64,000 bases of DNA, taken from contig CAVXEP010000001.1 in the NCBI GenBank assembly GCA_963760795.1, positions 1-64,000 on the forward strand. The letters are read 5' to 3'. The notes under the pieces are model-generated. The model made no database searches and was not told the DNA's origin. It saw only the letters and a list, made by a program, of their open reading frames with translations. The DNA comes from an uncultured delta proteobacterium. Lineage in GTDB: Bacteria > Desulfobacterota > Binatia > UBA9968. The position numbers were made by a program, and so were the translations under genes. Below, piece by piece: positions 46,525 to 57,155 of the stretch (positions are counted from its first letter, which is position 1; each line of letters begins with the position of its first letter).

Positions 46525-47526
46525 ATGAAGTTTGTGGGATTCTTCCTCTTGCTCGCCTTGGAATTTTGGCTCGGGCTAACCTCTGTCCAGGCGGCGCAGG
46601 TGGCGGAGTTGGAGAAGCTCAACGTCTGCTATTCGTCCATCGCCGCCACGTCGATCACCACTTGGGTGCCGCAGGAGGCTGGCATTTACAAAAAATACGG
46701 GCTCGACGTGAGCGTTATTTATGTCGCCGGTGCGCAGGCGATTACGACCTTGCTTTCGGGCGACGCGCATATCGTCCAAGGTTCGGGCGCGGCGGCGGCG
46801 TTGTCGCGGCTGGCCGGTTCGGATGCGATCACCATCGGCACGACCATCAACGTCATTCCCATGAGCCTGGTGACCACGCCGGATATCGCGACGGCGCAGG
46901 ATTTGAAGGGCAAGACTTTTGGCGTCAGCCGCTTCGGTTCTTTGACCGATCTCGGATTGCGCAAGGCGGTCGCCGAGTTCGGTCTCGACCCAAACAAAGA
47001 CATCAAGATGATTCAAACCGGCGGCGTGCCGGAAATATTGCTGTTCATGCAGCAGGGTGTGATCAAGGGCGGGTTGATTTCGTCGCCGACCTTGGAGAAG
47101 GCCAAGGAAGCTGGCTACAGGGAATTCTTGAATTTAAGCGAAGTGAAGTTTCGCTACCCTGGCACCGCTCTGGTAACCACCGATGCGTTCATACGCAATC
47201 GGCCGCAGACGCTCAACCGCTTTCTGAAAGCCACTCTCGAAGGAATCAAGTTCGCCAAGGCCAACCCCGATTTTACCGTGCGCATCCTCGGCAAATACAC
47301 GCGCAATACGGACACCAAGCTATTGATGAGCGCGTTTAAGAGTTACGTGCTCGGTTACATCCGCAACATCCCGACCGTGACCCTGCCGGAAATGGAAGCG
47401 GTGATGGAAGACTTGGCCGAGCGCAATCCCAAAGCCAAGGGCGCCGACGCGCGGCGGTTCTACGATCCGGCGCCGCTCGAGCAGTTGGCGAAGGAAGGGT
47501 TCATCAAAGAATTGTATCCGCGTTAA
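46525..47526 (+). CDS. ABC transporter substrate-binding protein, NMT1/SsuA-like
   Basis: Signal peptide VQA, EAGIYKKYGLDV, DLKGKTFGVSRFGS, NPKAK, KEGFIKELY. Confidence 0.85.
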   Translation: MKFVGFFLLLALEFWLGLTSVQAAQVAELEKLNVCYSSIAATSITTWVPQEAGIYKKYGLDVSVIYVAGAQAITTLLSGDAHIVQGSGAAAALSRLAGSDAITIGTTINVIPMSLVTTPDIATAQDLKGKTFGVSRFGSLTDLGLRKAVAEFGLDPNKDIKMIQTGGVPEILLFMQQGVIKGGLISSPTLEKAKEAGYREFLNLSEVKFRYPGTALVTTDAFIRNRPQTLNRFLKATLEGIKFAKANPDFTVRILGKYTRNTDTKLLMSAFKSYVLGYIRNIPTVTLPEMEAVMEDLAERNPKAKGADARRFYDPAPLEQLAKEGFIKELYPR

Positions 47527-47541
47527 TAATCACGGGAACGC

Positions 47542-47575
47542 GTTCAAGCCGTTCAAGTAGTTCAAATCGTTCAAG
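47542..47575. repeat. GTTCAA 9-nt periodic repeat, single arm
   Basis: gttcaagcc-gttcaagta-gttcaaatc-gttcaag. Confidence 0.6.
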
Positions 47576-47628
47576 CTGTTTTGCACCTGCAATGCACGTA
47601 TGGTTGGAAGTTAGGAGGGAATGTCGTG

Positions 47629-48361
47629 ATGATTAATGCTTCTTTGCGCACTCCAAACTTGTTACCCCTTATCTTAGCGCTGTCCATTCTCCCACTAGCA
47701 GCTTTCGCTCAAGCTCCTGCCGAGACTTCGCCGATGAAGATTGGCATCATCGGCTCCGGTAATATCGGCAGTACGGTGGGCACGCTGTGGGTGAAGGCTG
47801 GACATCAGGTGATGTTTTCCTCGCGCAATCCCGGTAATCTTAAACAACTGGTCGATGGCCTTGGACCGCTCGCTCGCGCCGGCACGGTTGCGGAGGCTTT
47901 AGCGTACGGCGACGCGATCTTTGTCGGCGTACCCTACGGCGCCATGCCGCAACTTGGAAAAGACTACGCGAAAGAGTTTTCCGGCAAGATCGTCCTCGAT
48001 GCCGGTAACGCCGTGGTGGCTCGGGATGGTGAGATTGGCAAAGCGGCGCGGGAAGCCGGAGTTGCTCTGACATCGGCGAAACTGTTGGCCGGGGCACGCA
48101 TCGTGCGGGCGTTCAATACGATCAATTTTCGCCGGCTCGCAAATCTTTCCAACCGAGCCGAGGGGCGAATCGCGAATTCCCATGGCCGGCGACGATCAAG
48201 AAGCGCTGAAGATCGCCTCCATGCTCGTGCGCGACGCCGGATTCGATCCGGTCGTGCTTGGCGGGCTCGAACGCTCGAAGCTGTTCGAGCAGGGCGGACC
48301 GCTGTACGGACAAGAAATTTCCGCGCAGGAGATGCGCGAACGGGTAAAAGCGCTGAAGTGA
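47629..48361 (+). CDS. NADPH-dependent F420 reductase-like (F420_oxidored) protein with signal peptide, +1 frameshift near 48175
   Basis: MKIGIIGSGNIG, FSSRNP, GKIVLDAGN, VRAFNT; continues IPMAGDD...DAGFDPV in the shifted frame. Confidence 0.78.
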
Positions 48362-48488
48362 AACCTGGATAATCGTTCATCCCTTGACGCTGTGCGTTCT
48401 GCTGGCGTAATTAGATTCTGATTAGATCGTCGGGGCAAGCCGCTGTGCTTGCCCTTTCTGTTGTCACGGAACGTGAAAAGGAGCCGCT

Positions 48489-49544
48489 ATGAAAGCTGCC
48501 GTTCTCTACGAAGTGCGCCAACCCTTGAAGATCGAAGATCTCGAAATGCCCGAAGTGCACGACGAAGACGTGTTGATCAAAGTCGCGTCCTGCGGCGTGT
48601 GCCATACGGATTTAAAGGTCATCGAGGGGCGTAACCGGTTCACACCGCCGACGATTCTCGGCCATGAAGTGGCCGGCACCGTCGAAGCCATTGGCGCTCA
48701 GTGCAGAGACTTCAAGGTCGGCGACCGGGTGATCATCGGCATGCGCTACAAGTGCGGGCGCTGTCGTTACTGCTTGAGCGCCCACGAGAATCTCTGCGAG
48801 CGCCGCCCGGCGCCGCCTAATTTAAAAAAGCAAGATGGCACGGTGGTGACCCGCTGGAACGTCGGCGGTTTTGCCCAGTATGTGGCCGTGCCGGCTTATA
48901 TGACTTTCAAGATTCCCGATGGCATTTCGATGGAAGAGGCGAGCGTAGTCGGCTGCCGCGTGACCACCGCGTACAACGCCGTGAAGCATCGCGGCAAACT
49001 GCAGCCTAACGAGTCGGCGCTGGTGATCGGCTGCGGCGGCATCGGACTCAACACGATTCAGTTTCTCAAATGCTTCGGCGCTTATCCAATCATCGCCGTC
49101 GATATCGCCGAGGACAAATTAGCCGCGGCGAAAAACTTCGGCGCGACGCATACGATCAATGCCAGCGCGGAAGATCCGGTGAAAGCCGTGATCAAGCTCA
49201 CCGACGGCGGCGTCGACAAGTCTTTCGAAGCCATCGGTAACACCAAGACTTCCGATCAGATCATTCAAGCGACCCGGCCGGGCGGCACGGCGACGATCAT
49301 CGGCGGCTTGGGCAGCGGGCCGTTCACGATCAGCAGCGGCAACTTCGTCACCAAGGAAATCACCATCACCGGGGTGTCGAGCCGGCAAGCCAACGATGTC
49401 GATGAAGTATTTCAAATGGCCCAGCAGGGGCGCATCGAGCTCAAGAGCTTGATCACCCAAAGCTACCGCTATGAGCAGATCAATGAGGCGCTGCATGATT
49501 TGGAACATGGCAAGCTGCGAATGGGGATTTCGCTTTGGAACTAA
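48489..49544 (+). CDS. Zinc-dependent alcohol dehydrogenase (MDR)
   Basis: GVCHTD, LGHE, CGRCRYC..C, GCGGIG, FGATHTIN. Confidence 0.9.
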   Translation: MKAAVLYEVRQPLKIEDLEMPEVHDEDVLIKVASCGVCHTDLKVIEGRNRFTPPTILGHEVAGTVEAIGAQCRDFKVGDRVIIGMRYKCGRCRYCLSAHENLCERRPAPPNLKKQDGTVVTRWNVGGFAQYVAVPAYMTFKIPDGISMEEASVVGCRVTTAYNAVKHRGKLQPNESALVIGCGGIGLNTIQFLKCFGAYPIIAVDIAEDKLAAAKNFGATHTINASAEDPVKAVIKLTDGGVDKSFEAIGNTKTSDQIIQATRPGGTATIIGGLGSGPFTISSGNFVTKEITITGVSSRQANDVDEVFQMAQQGRIELKSLITQSYRYEQINEALHDLEHGKLRMGISLWN

Positions 49545-49558
49545 AGCGCTTCGCGCTT

Positions 49559-49646
49559 GTTCAAAGTTCAAGCGTTCAAAGGTTCAAGGTCGGATGACTC
49601 CATGGGAAGGTTCCAGTCGTTGCAAATGTTCCAGGGATTCCAATGG
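49559..49646. repeat. GTTCAA/GTTCCA periodic repeat array
   Basis: gttcaaa-gttcaagc-gttcaaag-gttcaag ... gttccagtc-gttgcaaat-gttccaggg-attccaa. Confidence 0.65.
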
Positions 49647-49672
49647 TCTTCGGATTGTTTCGGAGTGCCGCG

Positions 49673-50621
49673 ATGAATATTAATAAGTCGCTCATGGTGG
49701 TTCTACTTGCTGGTTGGATTCTCAGTTCGGGAGCGCCGGGGTTTGCCCAGATGACCAATCTGCGTATCGCCTTTAACGGCTACGGTGGAACCATGCCGTT
49801 ATTTCTCGGCCAAGACGCGGGGATATTCAAGAAGCAGAATTTGCAATTGGAGATGATTTTTATCCCAGGCGGCTCGTTGTCGTTGCAGGCGTTGATCGGC
49901 AAGAGTCTGGAGTTGCTGTTGACCGGCGGTCCGCCGGTGGTGAATGCCGTATTTGCAGGGTGCGAAAATCAAAATCATCGGCGGCATGACCAATCTTTTA
50001 CCGTACACCTTCGTCGCCGTCGGCGGCATTCGCGGTCCTGAACAGTTGAAAGGTAAGAGGATCGGCATCAGCCGCTTCGGCAGCAACACTGATTACGTGG
50101 TGCGCTTAGCGCTCAATCAATTCGCCCTTGGGTTAAATGACGTGCAGATCATCCAGATCGGCGGCTCCCAGGCGCGCTTATTGGCGATGAAATCCGGTGC
50201 GATCCAGGCGACGGTGTTGAGCCCGGAAGAAGGTTTGGTTGCCCAAAAGATGGGTTACGGCGTGCTGCTCGATTTCATCGAGAAGGGCATCGAGTTTCCC
50301 CATGTGAATATCGTCGCACGGGACGAATATCTGGAAGGCCAGGGGGCGGTGGTGCGCGCATTCATGCGGGCTTACGTTGAGTCGGTGCGCTACTACAAAG
50401 CCAGCCGCAACGACGCGGTCAAAAAGATCATGGCAGTGACTAAGCTGCCGGAGCGGCAAATGGCCGAGACGGTTTACGACGGCTCTTTGCGAGCTACGCC
50501 GGACGACGGCAAGCCGACGCTTAAGGGGATGGAAGTGGTGCTCGATGCCGCCGCCAAGGAAAATCCCAAAGCGAAGGCTCTGACGGTTCAACAACTGGTC
50601 GATTTGCGCTACTTTCAATGA
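49673..50621 (+). CDS. ABC transporter substrate-binding protein, NMT1/SsuA-like, +1 frameshift near 49948
   Basis: DAGIFKKQNL..IPGGS / LKGKRIGISRFGS...NPKAK across two frames. Confidence 0.8.
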
Positions 50622-50657
50622 GCAATAATTGTAATCGAGGGATCGATGACGGAATAA

Positions 50658-51497
50658 ATGGTTTGCCGGCGTATGGCTGTCGGCGGCCGGTGGTTAGTCG
50701 GCGGCGGCGCGTACGCGGCGGATCAGAAGCCCATCGACGTGATCGAAGACGATAGTTTTCTGATAGAGGAGGCTTACAACCAGGAGACCGGTGTGGTGCA
50801 GCATATCTTCACCGCTGCTTACACGAAGTCGGGCAGGACCCATGGTTGGGGATTCAACTTCACGCAGGAGTGGCCGGTGTTTTCCCAGGACCACCAGTTT
50901 TCCTACACGATCCCGTCATTTCATCAGGTTGAAGACGGATCGCGGGTATCGGGGGTGGGCGACATTTTGCTCAACTATCGCTACCAGTTGCTTTACGAAG
51001 GCGATTGCAAGCCGGCGGTGGCGCCGCGTTTCAGTTTGATCCTGCCCACCGGCAATCGCAAAAAGGGCACGGGCAATAACGTGGTCGGTTATCAGCTGAA
51101 CTTGCCAGTCAGTAAAAAAATAACCGATACGGTTGCGCTTCACGCCAACGCCGGCGCGACTATTTTACCGCATGTCAAAGCGCCGGTGGATATTAACGGC
51201 AACTCGGCAAAAAAATCACTGACCTCCGCCAATATCGGCGGCAGCGCGATTTACGCGTTGTTTCCGCGCTTTAATCTGATGCTTGAGTGGGAAGGTAACT
51301 CCGACCAGAGTTTTAGTGATTCCGGCAAGCGCCAACGATCGTTCTTGTCGACGTTGTCGCCGGGTTTTAGGACGGCGATCGTCAACGAGGACAAGTTGCA
51401 GATCGTTACCGGCGCGGCGATGCCGATCGGTCTCAATCGCAGGACCGATAATTTCGGAGCGTTTCTTTATCTGGCCATCGAGCATCATTTGTTTTAG
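50658..51497 (+). CDS. Putative outer-membrane beta-barrel transporter (MetA/phenol-degradation-like)
   Basis: DDSFLIEEAYNQE, GVGDILLNYRYQ, LILPTG, alternating beta strands, C-terminal F; N-terminal signal region looks disturbed. Confidence 0.65.
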   Translation: MVCRRMAVGGRWLVGGGAYAADQKPIDVIEDDSFLIEEAYNQETGVVQHIFTAAYTKSGRTHGWGFNFTQEWPVFSQDHQFSYTIPSFHQVEDGSRVSGVGDILLNYRYQLLYEGDCKPAVAPRFSLILPTGNRKKGTGNNVVGYQLNLPVSKKITDTVALHANAGATILPHVKAPVDINGNSAKKSLTSANIGGSAIYALFPRFNLMLEWEGNSDQSFSDSGKRQRSFLSTLSPGFRTAIVNEDKLQIVTGAAMPIGLNRRTDNFGAFLYLAIEHHLF

Positions 51498-51513
51498 TGA
51501 GACCTCATGATTA

Positions 51514-51574
51514 CACCACGAAGAGCACGAAGGTTTCGAATAGTAAAATTCCAAACTTCGTGCTCTTCGTGGTG
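51514..51574. repeat. Periodic palindromic element, 9-nt unit, perfect 19-bp arms
   Basis: CACCACGAAGAGCACGAAG ... CTTCGTGCTCTTCGTGGTG. Confidence 0.85.
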
Positions 51575-51656
51575 AATAGACTCTTCGCATCATTGCTTTT
51601 GTTAGCCTGAGGACTGGCAGGTCATTCCGGCAGTAAAATTTATCTGGGGGTGAAAC

Positions 51657-52748
51657 ATGAAGGGAATAATCGACGCCGACACGCATATTTCTGAGGGGGC
51701 GGCAATGTGGGCGCTGATGGATCAGGCGATGCAGCCGCGCCGGCCGATTCTGATGCAGGTGCCGGACGATACTTGGTACGGCAACCGCGACGCATTCTGG
51801 CTGATCGACGGCGAGATCTATCCCAAGCCGGCGGGTAAGGGGAGTTTTGCGTTGGTCACGCCGTCGGAACAAAAGGTTCAAGCGGGGCGCAAAGACTCGA
51901 CGCCGGCGACGCGCGAGATGACCGACATTAAGGGCCGGCTGGCCGACATGGTCAAGCTCAACACGGCGATGCAGATCGTCTACCCGACGTTGTTTCTGGT
52001 CTACAATACCAAGGACAAAGAACTGGAAGTGGCGCTATGCCGCGCTTACAATCGCTTTCTCGCACAGGCCTGCGCGCAATCCGGCGGCCTGATGAAGTGG
52101 GTGGTCGTGTTGCCGCTGCAATCGATGAATGCCGCCGTCGATGAAATCCGCTTTGCCAAAGAGAACGGCGCGGTGGGGGTTTTCTTCCGCGGCATCGAAG
52201 GCGAGTACACCCTCGATAGTCCGTATCTGTTTCCGGTCTACGCAGAAGCGCAAAAGCTTAACCTGTCGATTTGCGTGCACACCGGCTGCGGCGTGAAGCA
52301 GGTGCTCGAGATGTTCGATCTGGCGCGCAACCATACGTTTGGCCACACCCGCGTCATGCCGCTGTTGGCGTTTCGCGATCTGGTTGCCAACAGGATTCCC
52401 GAACAGTTTCCTAGCCTACGCTTTGGCTTCATCGAAGCGGCCGCGGGTTGGGCGCCGTTTTTGATTCACATCATTCGCCGCCTGCTCAAAGAACGCTTCA
52501 AATATGGCAGCAGCGCCGAGATGTTCCGTGAGTACCGGCTTTATATCGCCTGCGAGGCGGACGAAGATATTCCCTATATCGCCATGCACACGGGCGAAGA
52601 TCACCTACTGATCGGTTCGGACTATCCGCATAACGATCCGTCCCGCGAAGACCAGTTCGTCAACGCGCTCAATGTCCGCGAAGATATCTCGCCGCAATTG
52701 CGGCAGAAGATCTTATACGACAATCCGCGCGCGTTTTATGCGCTCTAG
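51657..52748 (+). CDS. Amidohydrolase_2 family enzyme
   Basis: IIDADTHISE, YPT, RAYN, VHTG, FPSLRFGFIEA, IGSDYPH, ILYDNP. Confidence 0.85.
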   Translation: MKGIIDADTHISEGAAMWALMDQAMQPRRPILMQVPDDTWYGNRDAFWLIDGEIYPKPAGKGSFALVTPSEQKVQAGRKDSTPATREMTDIKGRLADMVKLNTAMQIVYPTLFLVYNTKDKELEVALCRAYNRFLAQACAQSGGLMKWVVVLPLQSMNAAVDEIRFAKENGAVGVFFRGIEGEYTLDSPYLFPVYAEAQKLNLSICVHTGCGVKQVLEMFDLARNHTFGHTRVMPLLAFRDLVANRIPEQFPSLRFGFIEAAAGWAPFLIHIIRRLLKERFKYGSSAEMFREYRLYIACEADEDIPYIAMHTGEDHLLIGSDYPHNDPSREDQFVNALNVREDISPQLRQKILYDNPRAFYAL

Positions 52749-52754
52749 AAGAAA

Positions 52755-52832
52755 TGGAGTGTTGGAGTAATGGAGGGGTGGAGTGATGGGGTTCCGACCT
52801 AATACTCCAATATTCCAGTACTCCATCACTCC
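52755..52832. repeat. Periodic palindromic element, 8-nt unit TGGAGTRN
   Basis: Four tggag units, then four act/attcca units in inverted orientation. Confidence 0.8.
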
Positions 52833-52856
52833 GGGTGGCGGGCGGGAAAAACGACA

Positions 52857-53816
52857 ATGAAATTGCGGCGCGTCGTTAAATTTGGTTTTGTCATGCTCGC
52901 TCTGCTGTGGGGTTCTCCGGGGTGGGGGCAGGAAGTTTTCATCGGCAATCCCGGCAAGAGCCTTAACTTTTTTCATTTCGATCTGGCGATCGAGCGCGGC
53001 TATTTCCGCGAGCTCGGCCTCGACGTCAAATTGCTCCATACCAAGTGCGATGTCGCGGTGACGGCGTTGCTCACCGGCGACTTGCAGGCGAGCGGCTGCG
53101 TCGGCACGGCGTCGCGGGTGATCGCCAGCCAAAACGTGCCGGTGCGCACGGTGATCTGGCTATTCAAGAAGCCAACCTTTTACGTCGTCGCCAGGCCGGA
53201 GATCAAAAGCGCCGCCGACCTGCGCGGCAAGACCATCGGCATCAGCTCCTTCGGCAGCGACACCGATCTGGCGATGAAAGTATTCGCCCAGAGCGGCAAG
53301 CTCGACCCGGACAAAGATATCAAGCGGATCGTCGCCGGCTCGACGGCAACCCGCTTGCAGGGATTGAAAGCGGGATCGATGGACGCGACGACCTTGTCGC
53401 CGCCGTTTAACATCTACGCCGAGCAGATGGGGCTGCGCGTGCTGGCCTACACGGGGGATTATCTGGAATTTCCTCAGAGCGGTTTCACCGTCGCCGACGC
53501 CACGCTCAAGAACAAGCGCGACTTGATCAAGCGCTTACTGCGCGGCACCCTGCGCGGTTTGCAGTTCACGCTGAAAAATCGCGCCGACACGGTGCGCTTC
53601 ATCGCCAAGGACTACAAGCTGCAAGAAGCGGTAGCTGATAAAGTATATACATCGCTTTTGCCGGCGATGAGCGAGAACGGTTTTGCGACTGACAAGGGAC
53701 TCAGGAACATGATCGAAACCCTCGGCACGGCGGTGGGCAAGAACGTCGACTTTCCGCCGGAGCGTTTGGTCGACTACAATTTACTGAGAGAAGTGCAAAA
53801 AGAGTTGGGCATGTAA
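52857..53816 (+). CDS. ABC transporter substrate-binding protein, NMT1/SsuA-like
   Basis: ERGYFRELGLDV, DLRGKTIGISSFGS, LREVQKELG. Confidence 0.85.
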   Translation: MKLRRVVKFGFVMLALLWGSPGWGQEVFIGNPGKSLNFFHFDLAIERGYFRELGLDVKLLHTKCDVAVTALLTGDLQASGCVGTASRVIASQNVPVRTVIWLFKKPTFYVVARPEIKSAADLRGKTIGISSFGSDTDLAMKVFAQSGKLDPDKDIKRIVAGSTATRLQGLKAGSMDATTLSPPFNIYAEQMGLRVLAYTGDYLEFPQSGFTVADATLKNKRDLIKRLLRGTLRGLQFTLKNRADTVRFIAKDYKLQEAVADKVYTSLLPAMSENGFATDKGLRNMIETLGTAVGKNVDFPPERLVDYNLLREVQKELGM

Positions 53817-53832
53817 CGAAAGGACAGAGGCG

Positions 53833-54786
53833 ATGAATTTGATTTTTCTGAAGCCGTTCTTAGGATTGTTGGGACTCGCGCTGGTTGCCAGCGGCGCATT
53901 CGCCGCCGACGCGCCGCAGAAAATTCGCATCGTTTACGCTAGCCGCAGCAGCTCGGCGCTACCGCAATACATGGCTGTGCAAAAAGGTTACTTCAAAGAG
54001 CAGGCCCTCGATGTCGAAATCATTCAGATGAACCCGCGCCTGGGTGCCGCAGCTATCACCAGCGGCGAGGTCGCCTTCGCGACGCCGTTCACCAGCACTT
54101 TTCGCGGTGCTCTTCAGGGCCTGCCGATTAAGCTTGTTTTCGTCCACATTAAGAAAGGTCCCTACTATGTGATGGTGCGCCCCGAGATCAAAGACGTTCA
54201 ACAACTCCGAGGTAAGAAGATCGGTGTCGCGACGATCAAGGGCACGGACCAGTTGGTCGCCGAGGAGATGCTACAAGCTAAAGGATTCAACATCAGCCAG
54301 ATTCAAGCCGTTGCCATCGGCGATGGGCCGGTGCGCATGCAGGCGCTAGTTAGCGGCGCAGTCGAAGCGGTGTGCCTGGCGCCGCCTCATGATTTCATGC
54401 TGCGCAAGATGGGCTACAACGCGCTCCTCGGTCCGCCGGACGTCGGTCTGCCTTCCGCCGGAATGCTGACGTCAGACAAGCTGATCAAAGAAAATCCCCA
54501 ACTGGTGCGGCGCACGCTAAAGGCGCTGCTGCGCTCGCACCATCATATTATCGAGAATCGCCAAGATGCGATCCAGACGCTGATCAAATGGCTGCCGCAA
54601 CCGATCGACATCGCCGAGCACTCTTACGACGCCGAGCTAAGGACGGGGCTCAACCGCGACGGCACCATGACCGACGCCGAGATCGAAGCGATCATCGAGC
54701 GGGTTGGCGAAAAGAAGCGGCCGCTGGATGAAGTGCGAGATTTCTCTTTCGCGCGCGCGGCGCTGAAGGAGCTGGGGCGACAATAG
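53833..54786 (+). CDS. ABC transporter substrate-binding protein, NMT1/SsuA-like (paralog of 57304 and 58312)
   Basis: IQMNPRL, FTSTFRG, KKGPY, KKRPLDEVRDF. Confidence 0.85.
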   Translation: MNLIFLKPFLGLLGLALVASGAFAADAPQKIRIVYASRSSSALPQYMAVQKGYFKEQALDVEIIQMNPRLGAAAITSGEVAFATPFTSTFRGALQGLPIKLVFVHIKKGPYYVMVRPEIKDVQQLRGKKIGVATIKGTDQLVAEEMLQAKGFNISQIQAVAIGDGPVRMQALVSGAVEAVCLAPPHDFMLRKMGYNALLGPPDVGLPSAGMLTSDKLIKENPQLVRRTLKALLRSHHHIIENRQDAIQTLIKWLPQPIDIAEHSYDAELRTGLNRDGTMTDAEIEAIIERVGEKKRPLDEVRDFSFARAALKELGRQ

Positions 54787-54902
54787 CCCGGAGTAAGGCA
54801 ATAGCCCGGAGTAATGGAGTGGTGGAGTACTGGAGGGTTGGGCCGGAATTCCGAAAACCCATCACTCCACCACTCCACCACTCCAGTACTCCATCACTCC
54901 AA
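54781..54902. repeat. 8-nt periodic palindromic element with a duplicated junction
   Basis: caatagcccggagtaa twice (18-nt period), ggagt units, then five cactcca/tactcca units; between convergent genes. Confidence 0.8.
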
Positions 54903-54907
54903 TCCTC

Positions 54908-56047
54908 TCAGTGGTTTCTATTCGTGTCGTAGTCTTCGCCTAACTCCGACGCTCCGACAATCTGCGCGGCAATGTCGTGGCGGCCATGCATCATGTGCAG
55001 GTGCATGTCGCGGTAAAAACGTTCCAGCGGATGTTTGACGAATAGCGCCGTCGAGCCGCAGATCTCCGCGCTGCTCCAGATGATTTTTTCCAGAGTCTCT
55101 TTGGCCATCCACTTGGCTTCGTGAGCGGCGACCATCGCTTCGTTGGGACGGTTCTTGAACATGCGCACGGCGGTGTAGAGGATTAGCCGCGCGGCGTCGA
55201 GCATGCTTTTGAGCTCGCCGAAACGTAGTTGCCGGTAACTGTCCCTGGCGCCGTTTCTTTCGCGAATATAGGCGAGCGCCCAGTCGTACATGGCGCGCGC
55301 TGAGCCGAGATAGTTCGCCGTGAACGCGAAGTTGATCTTGCCCATCCAGTTTTCGCCGAGAAATTGCCCCGGCTGTCCGAGCAGATTTTCTTCCGGCACG
55401 AAGCAGTTATCTAAGTATAGCCATGGGCTGACGCAGGCGCGCATGCCGGTGGGGCGCCACGCCTCGGTGTCGATTTTCAAGCCCGGCGTGTCTTTGTGCA
55501 GCATGAACATGATTGGCTTGGGATGGGAATCCGACGCGACCCGGCCGATCCAAAGCCACTCGGCCATGCTCGCATTGGTGGCGTAGTGCTTGGTGCCGCT
55601 GACGAGATAACCGCCGCTCACTTTTTTCGCGCCGGTAGGCGCCACACCGTAGGGCTCGGCACCGGCGCCGGGGAGCAGCGCGCCGCGGTCGATGGTCGGC
55701 GCGAGCCATTTTTTCACCTGCTCATCGCGCGCCATGGCGTCGATCATCATCAGGCCGTTGTTGTGCACCTGAAAGCAGTGCGCCGTGGACGGATTGCCGT
55801 AGGCGAGGTGCTCGTCGATCAAGAAAAAACTCAACGGATCATCGCCATACAGACCGAAGCCCAAGCCGCCGCGCTTCTTGTCGAGATTGGCGAGTAGCCA
55901 GCCTTGGCGATGGAGATCTAGAATATCTTCCACCGGCATGGCGAACTCGGCGTCATAGCTAGCCGCGCGCGGCGCGATGCGTTCCTTGACGAGTGCGTTA
56001 ACGCGCTCGATCAGGTGTTGCTGTTCTGGGGTGAAGCCGAAGTCCAA
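54908..56047 (-). CDS. Acyl-CoA dehydrogenase family protein
   Basis: MDFGFTPEQ, IAPRAASYD, GTKHYATN, WRPTGMRA, PLERFYRD. Confidence 0.88.
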   Translation of the reverse strand: MDFGFTPEQQHLIERVNALVKERIAPRAASYDAEFAMPVEDILDLHRQGWLLANLDKKRGGLGFGLYGDDPLSFFLIDEHLAYGNPSTAHCFQVHNNGLMMIDAMARDEQVKKWLAPTIDRGALLPGAGAEPYGVAPTGAKKVSGGYLVSGTKHYATNASMAEWLWIGRVASDSHPKPIMFMLHKDTPGLKIDTEAWRPTGMRACVSPWLYLDNCFVPEENLLGQPGQFLGENWMGKINFAFTANYLGSARAMYDWALAYIRERNGARDSYRQLRFGELKSMLDAARLILYTAVRMFKNRPNEAMVAAHEAKWMAKETLEKIIWSSAEICGSTALFVKHPLERFYRDMHLHMMHGRHDIAAQIVGASELGEDYDTNRNH

Positions 56048-56085
56048 TGGGCGCCTTCCTGGTTGCTAACCTGAAGGGATCTGTT

Positions 56086-56147
56086 CATCACGAAGGGCAC
56101 GAAGTTCGGAAGATTATTTCTTTACCTCCTTCGTTCTCTTCGTGGTG
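56086..56147. repeat. Periodic palindromic element, 9-nt unit CACGAAG
   Basis: catcacgaaggg-cacgaag ... cttcgttct-cttcgtggtg. Confidence 0.7.
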
Positions 56148-56166
56148 GAAGAGGATTTGTTCCCGG

Positions 56167-57155
56167 TTATTTGTAAATTTCCTTGATGAAGCCGGACTTT
56201 TCCAGGTCGGCGACAAACGAGTTGTCGATGAACTGTTCCGGTTTGGCGGTTTTGCCGGCGGGATTGACCGAGTAATTAAGCATCGTCTGCATGCCGGCGG
56301 CGGAAACGTACGGGGCTTGCTCCCAAAATTTCACATAGGTGTTGTAGGTTTCGTCGAGGTCTTCCTTGTTATCAGTCTTGGTGTATTTGGCGATGACCTG
56401 TTTGGCCGCCTCGGGATCGGTGCGAGCGATTTTTGTGCCTTCAATATAGGCCTGTACATAGCGCCGCACTTTGTCGGGATTGGCCTTGATGAAGTCGCGC
56501 GTGGTCGCCAATCCGGCGTGGATCAGCGGGACATTTTTCGCGCCGATGTCGACCAATTCCTTGAGCCCGGCTTGACGCAGCTTCAACGTTGAGGGCGCGG
56601 AAACCACCGCGGCGTCGATGCGTCCCGCTCCGAGGGCGGTAATGATATCGGGCATGCCTTGCAAGTGAGTGATCTGCACGTCTTTGCCGCGTCACCATGC
56701 CGGCCTGCTGAAACAGGATCTTCGCGGTCACGTCGGTGGTCGAGCCGGGTAAGGTCACACCGAAGACCTTGCCGCGCAGGTCGGTGAGCTGTTTGAACTC
56801 CGGTTTGCTGTAGATTGAGAGCACGGCGCGATTCAATATGCCGATGATGAAGGCGACTCGCGCGCCGCCCAGACCCGCTTCGATGATTTCCGTCGCCGGG
56901 TTGACGATGTCGACGCTGCCGGATAGCAGCGCTTGGGTGCCGGTGGCCGAAAGCAAGTATTTCATGTCGACCGCCAGGCCATATTTCGCGAACAGCCCTT
57001 TGTCGAGGGCGAGCCAAAGCGGGGCAAAGGCGCCACCGATGGAGGAGTAGGTCGCCCGCAGCGGCATCAGCTCGGCGCCGCGAACCACGGTGTTTGCCGA
57101 TAGGGCAGCAATCAGTAACGGCTAAGAAAAGGTAACGGCTACGACCAGAGCGCAT
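56167..57155 (-). CDS. ABC transporter substrate-binding protein, NMT1/SsuA-like, two +1 frameshifts (near 57119 and 56690)
   Basis: MRSGRSRYLFLA / LLIAALSANTVVRGAE...DKGLFAKYGL...DLRGKVFG / GKDVQI...LEKSGFIKEIY. Confidence 0.78.

Noticed and set aside
50646-50700. Mini-ORF ATG ACG GAA TAA before the beta-barrel gene as a regulatory uORF
   Set aside because: It is more simply explained by compensating indels in a signal peptide (MTNKWFAGVWLSAA...), given the error pattern in the window. It cannot be resolved without reads.
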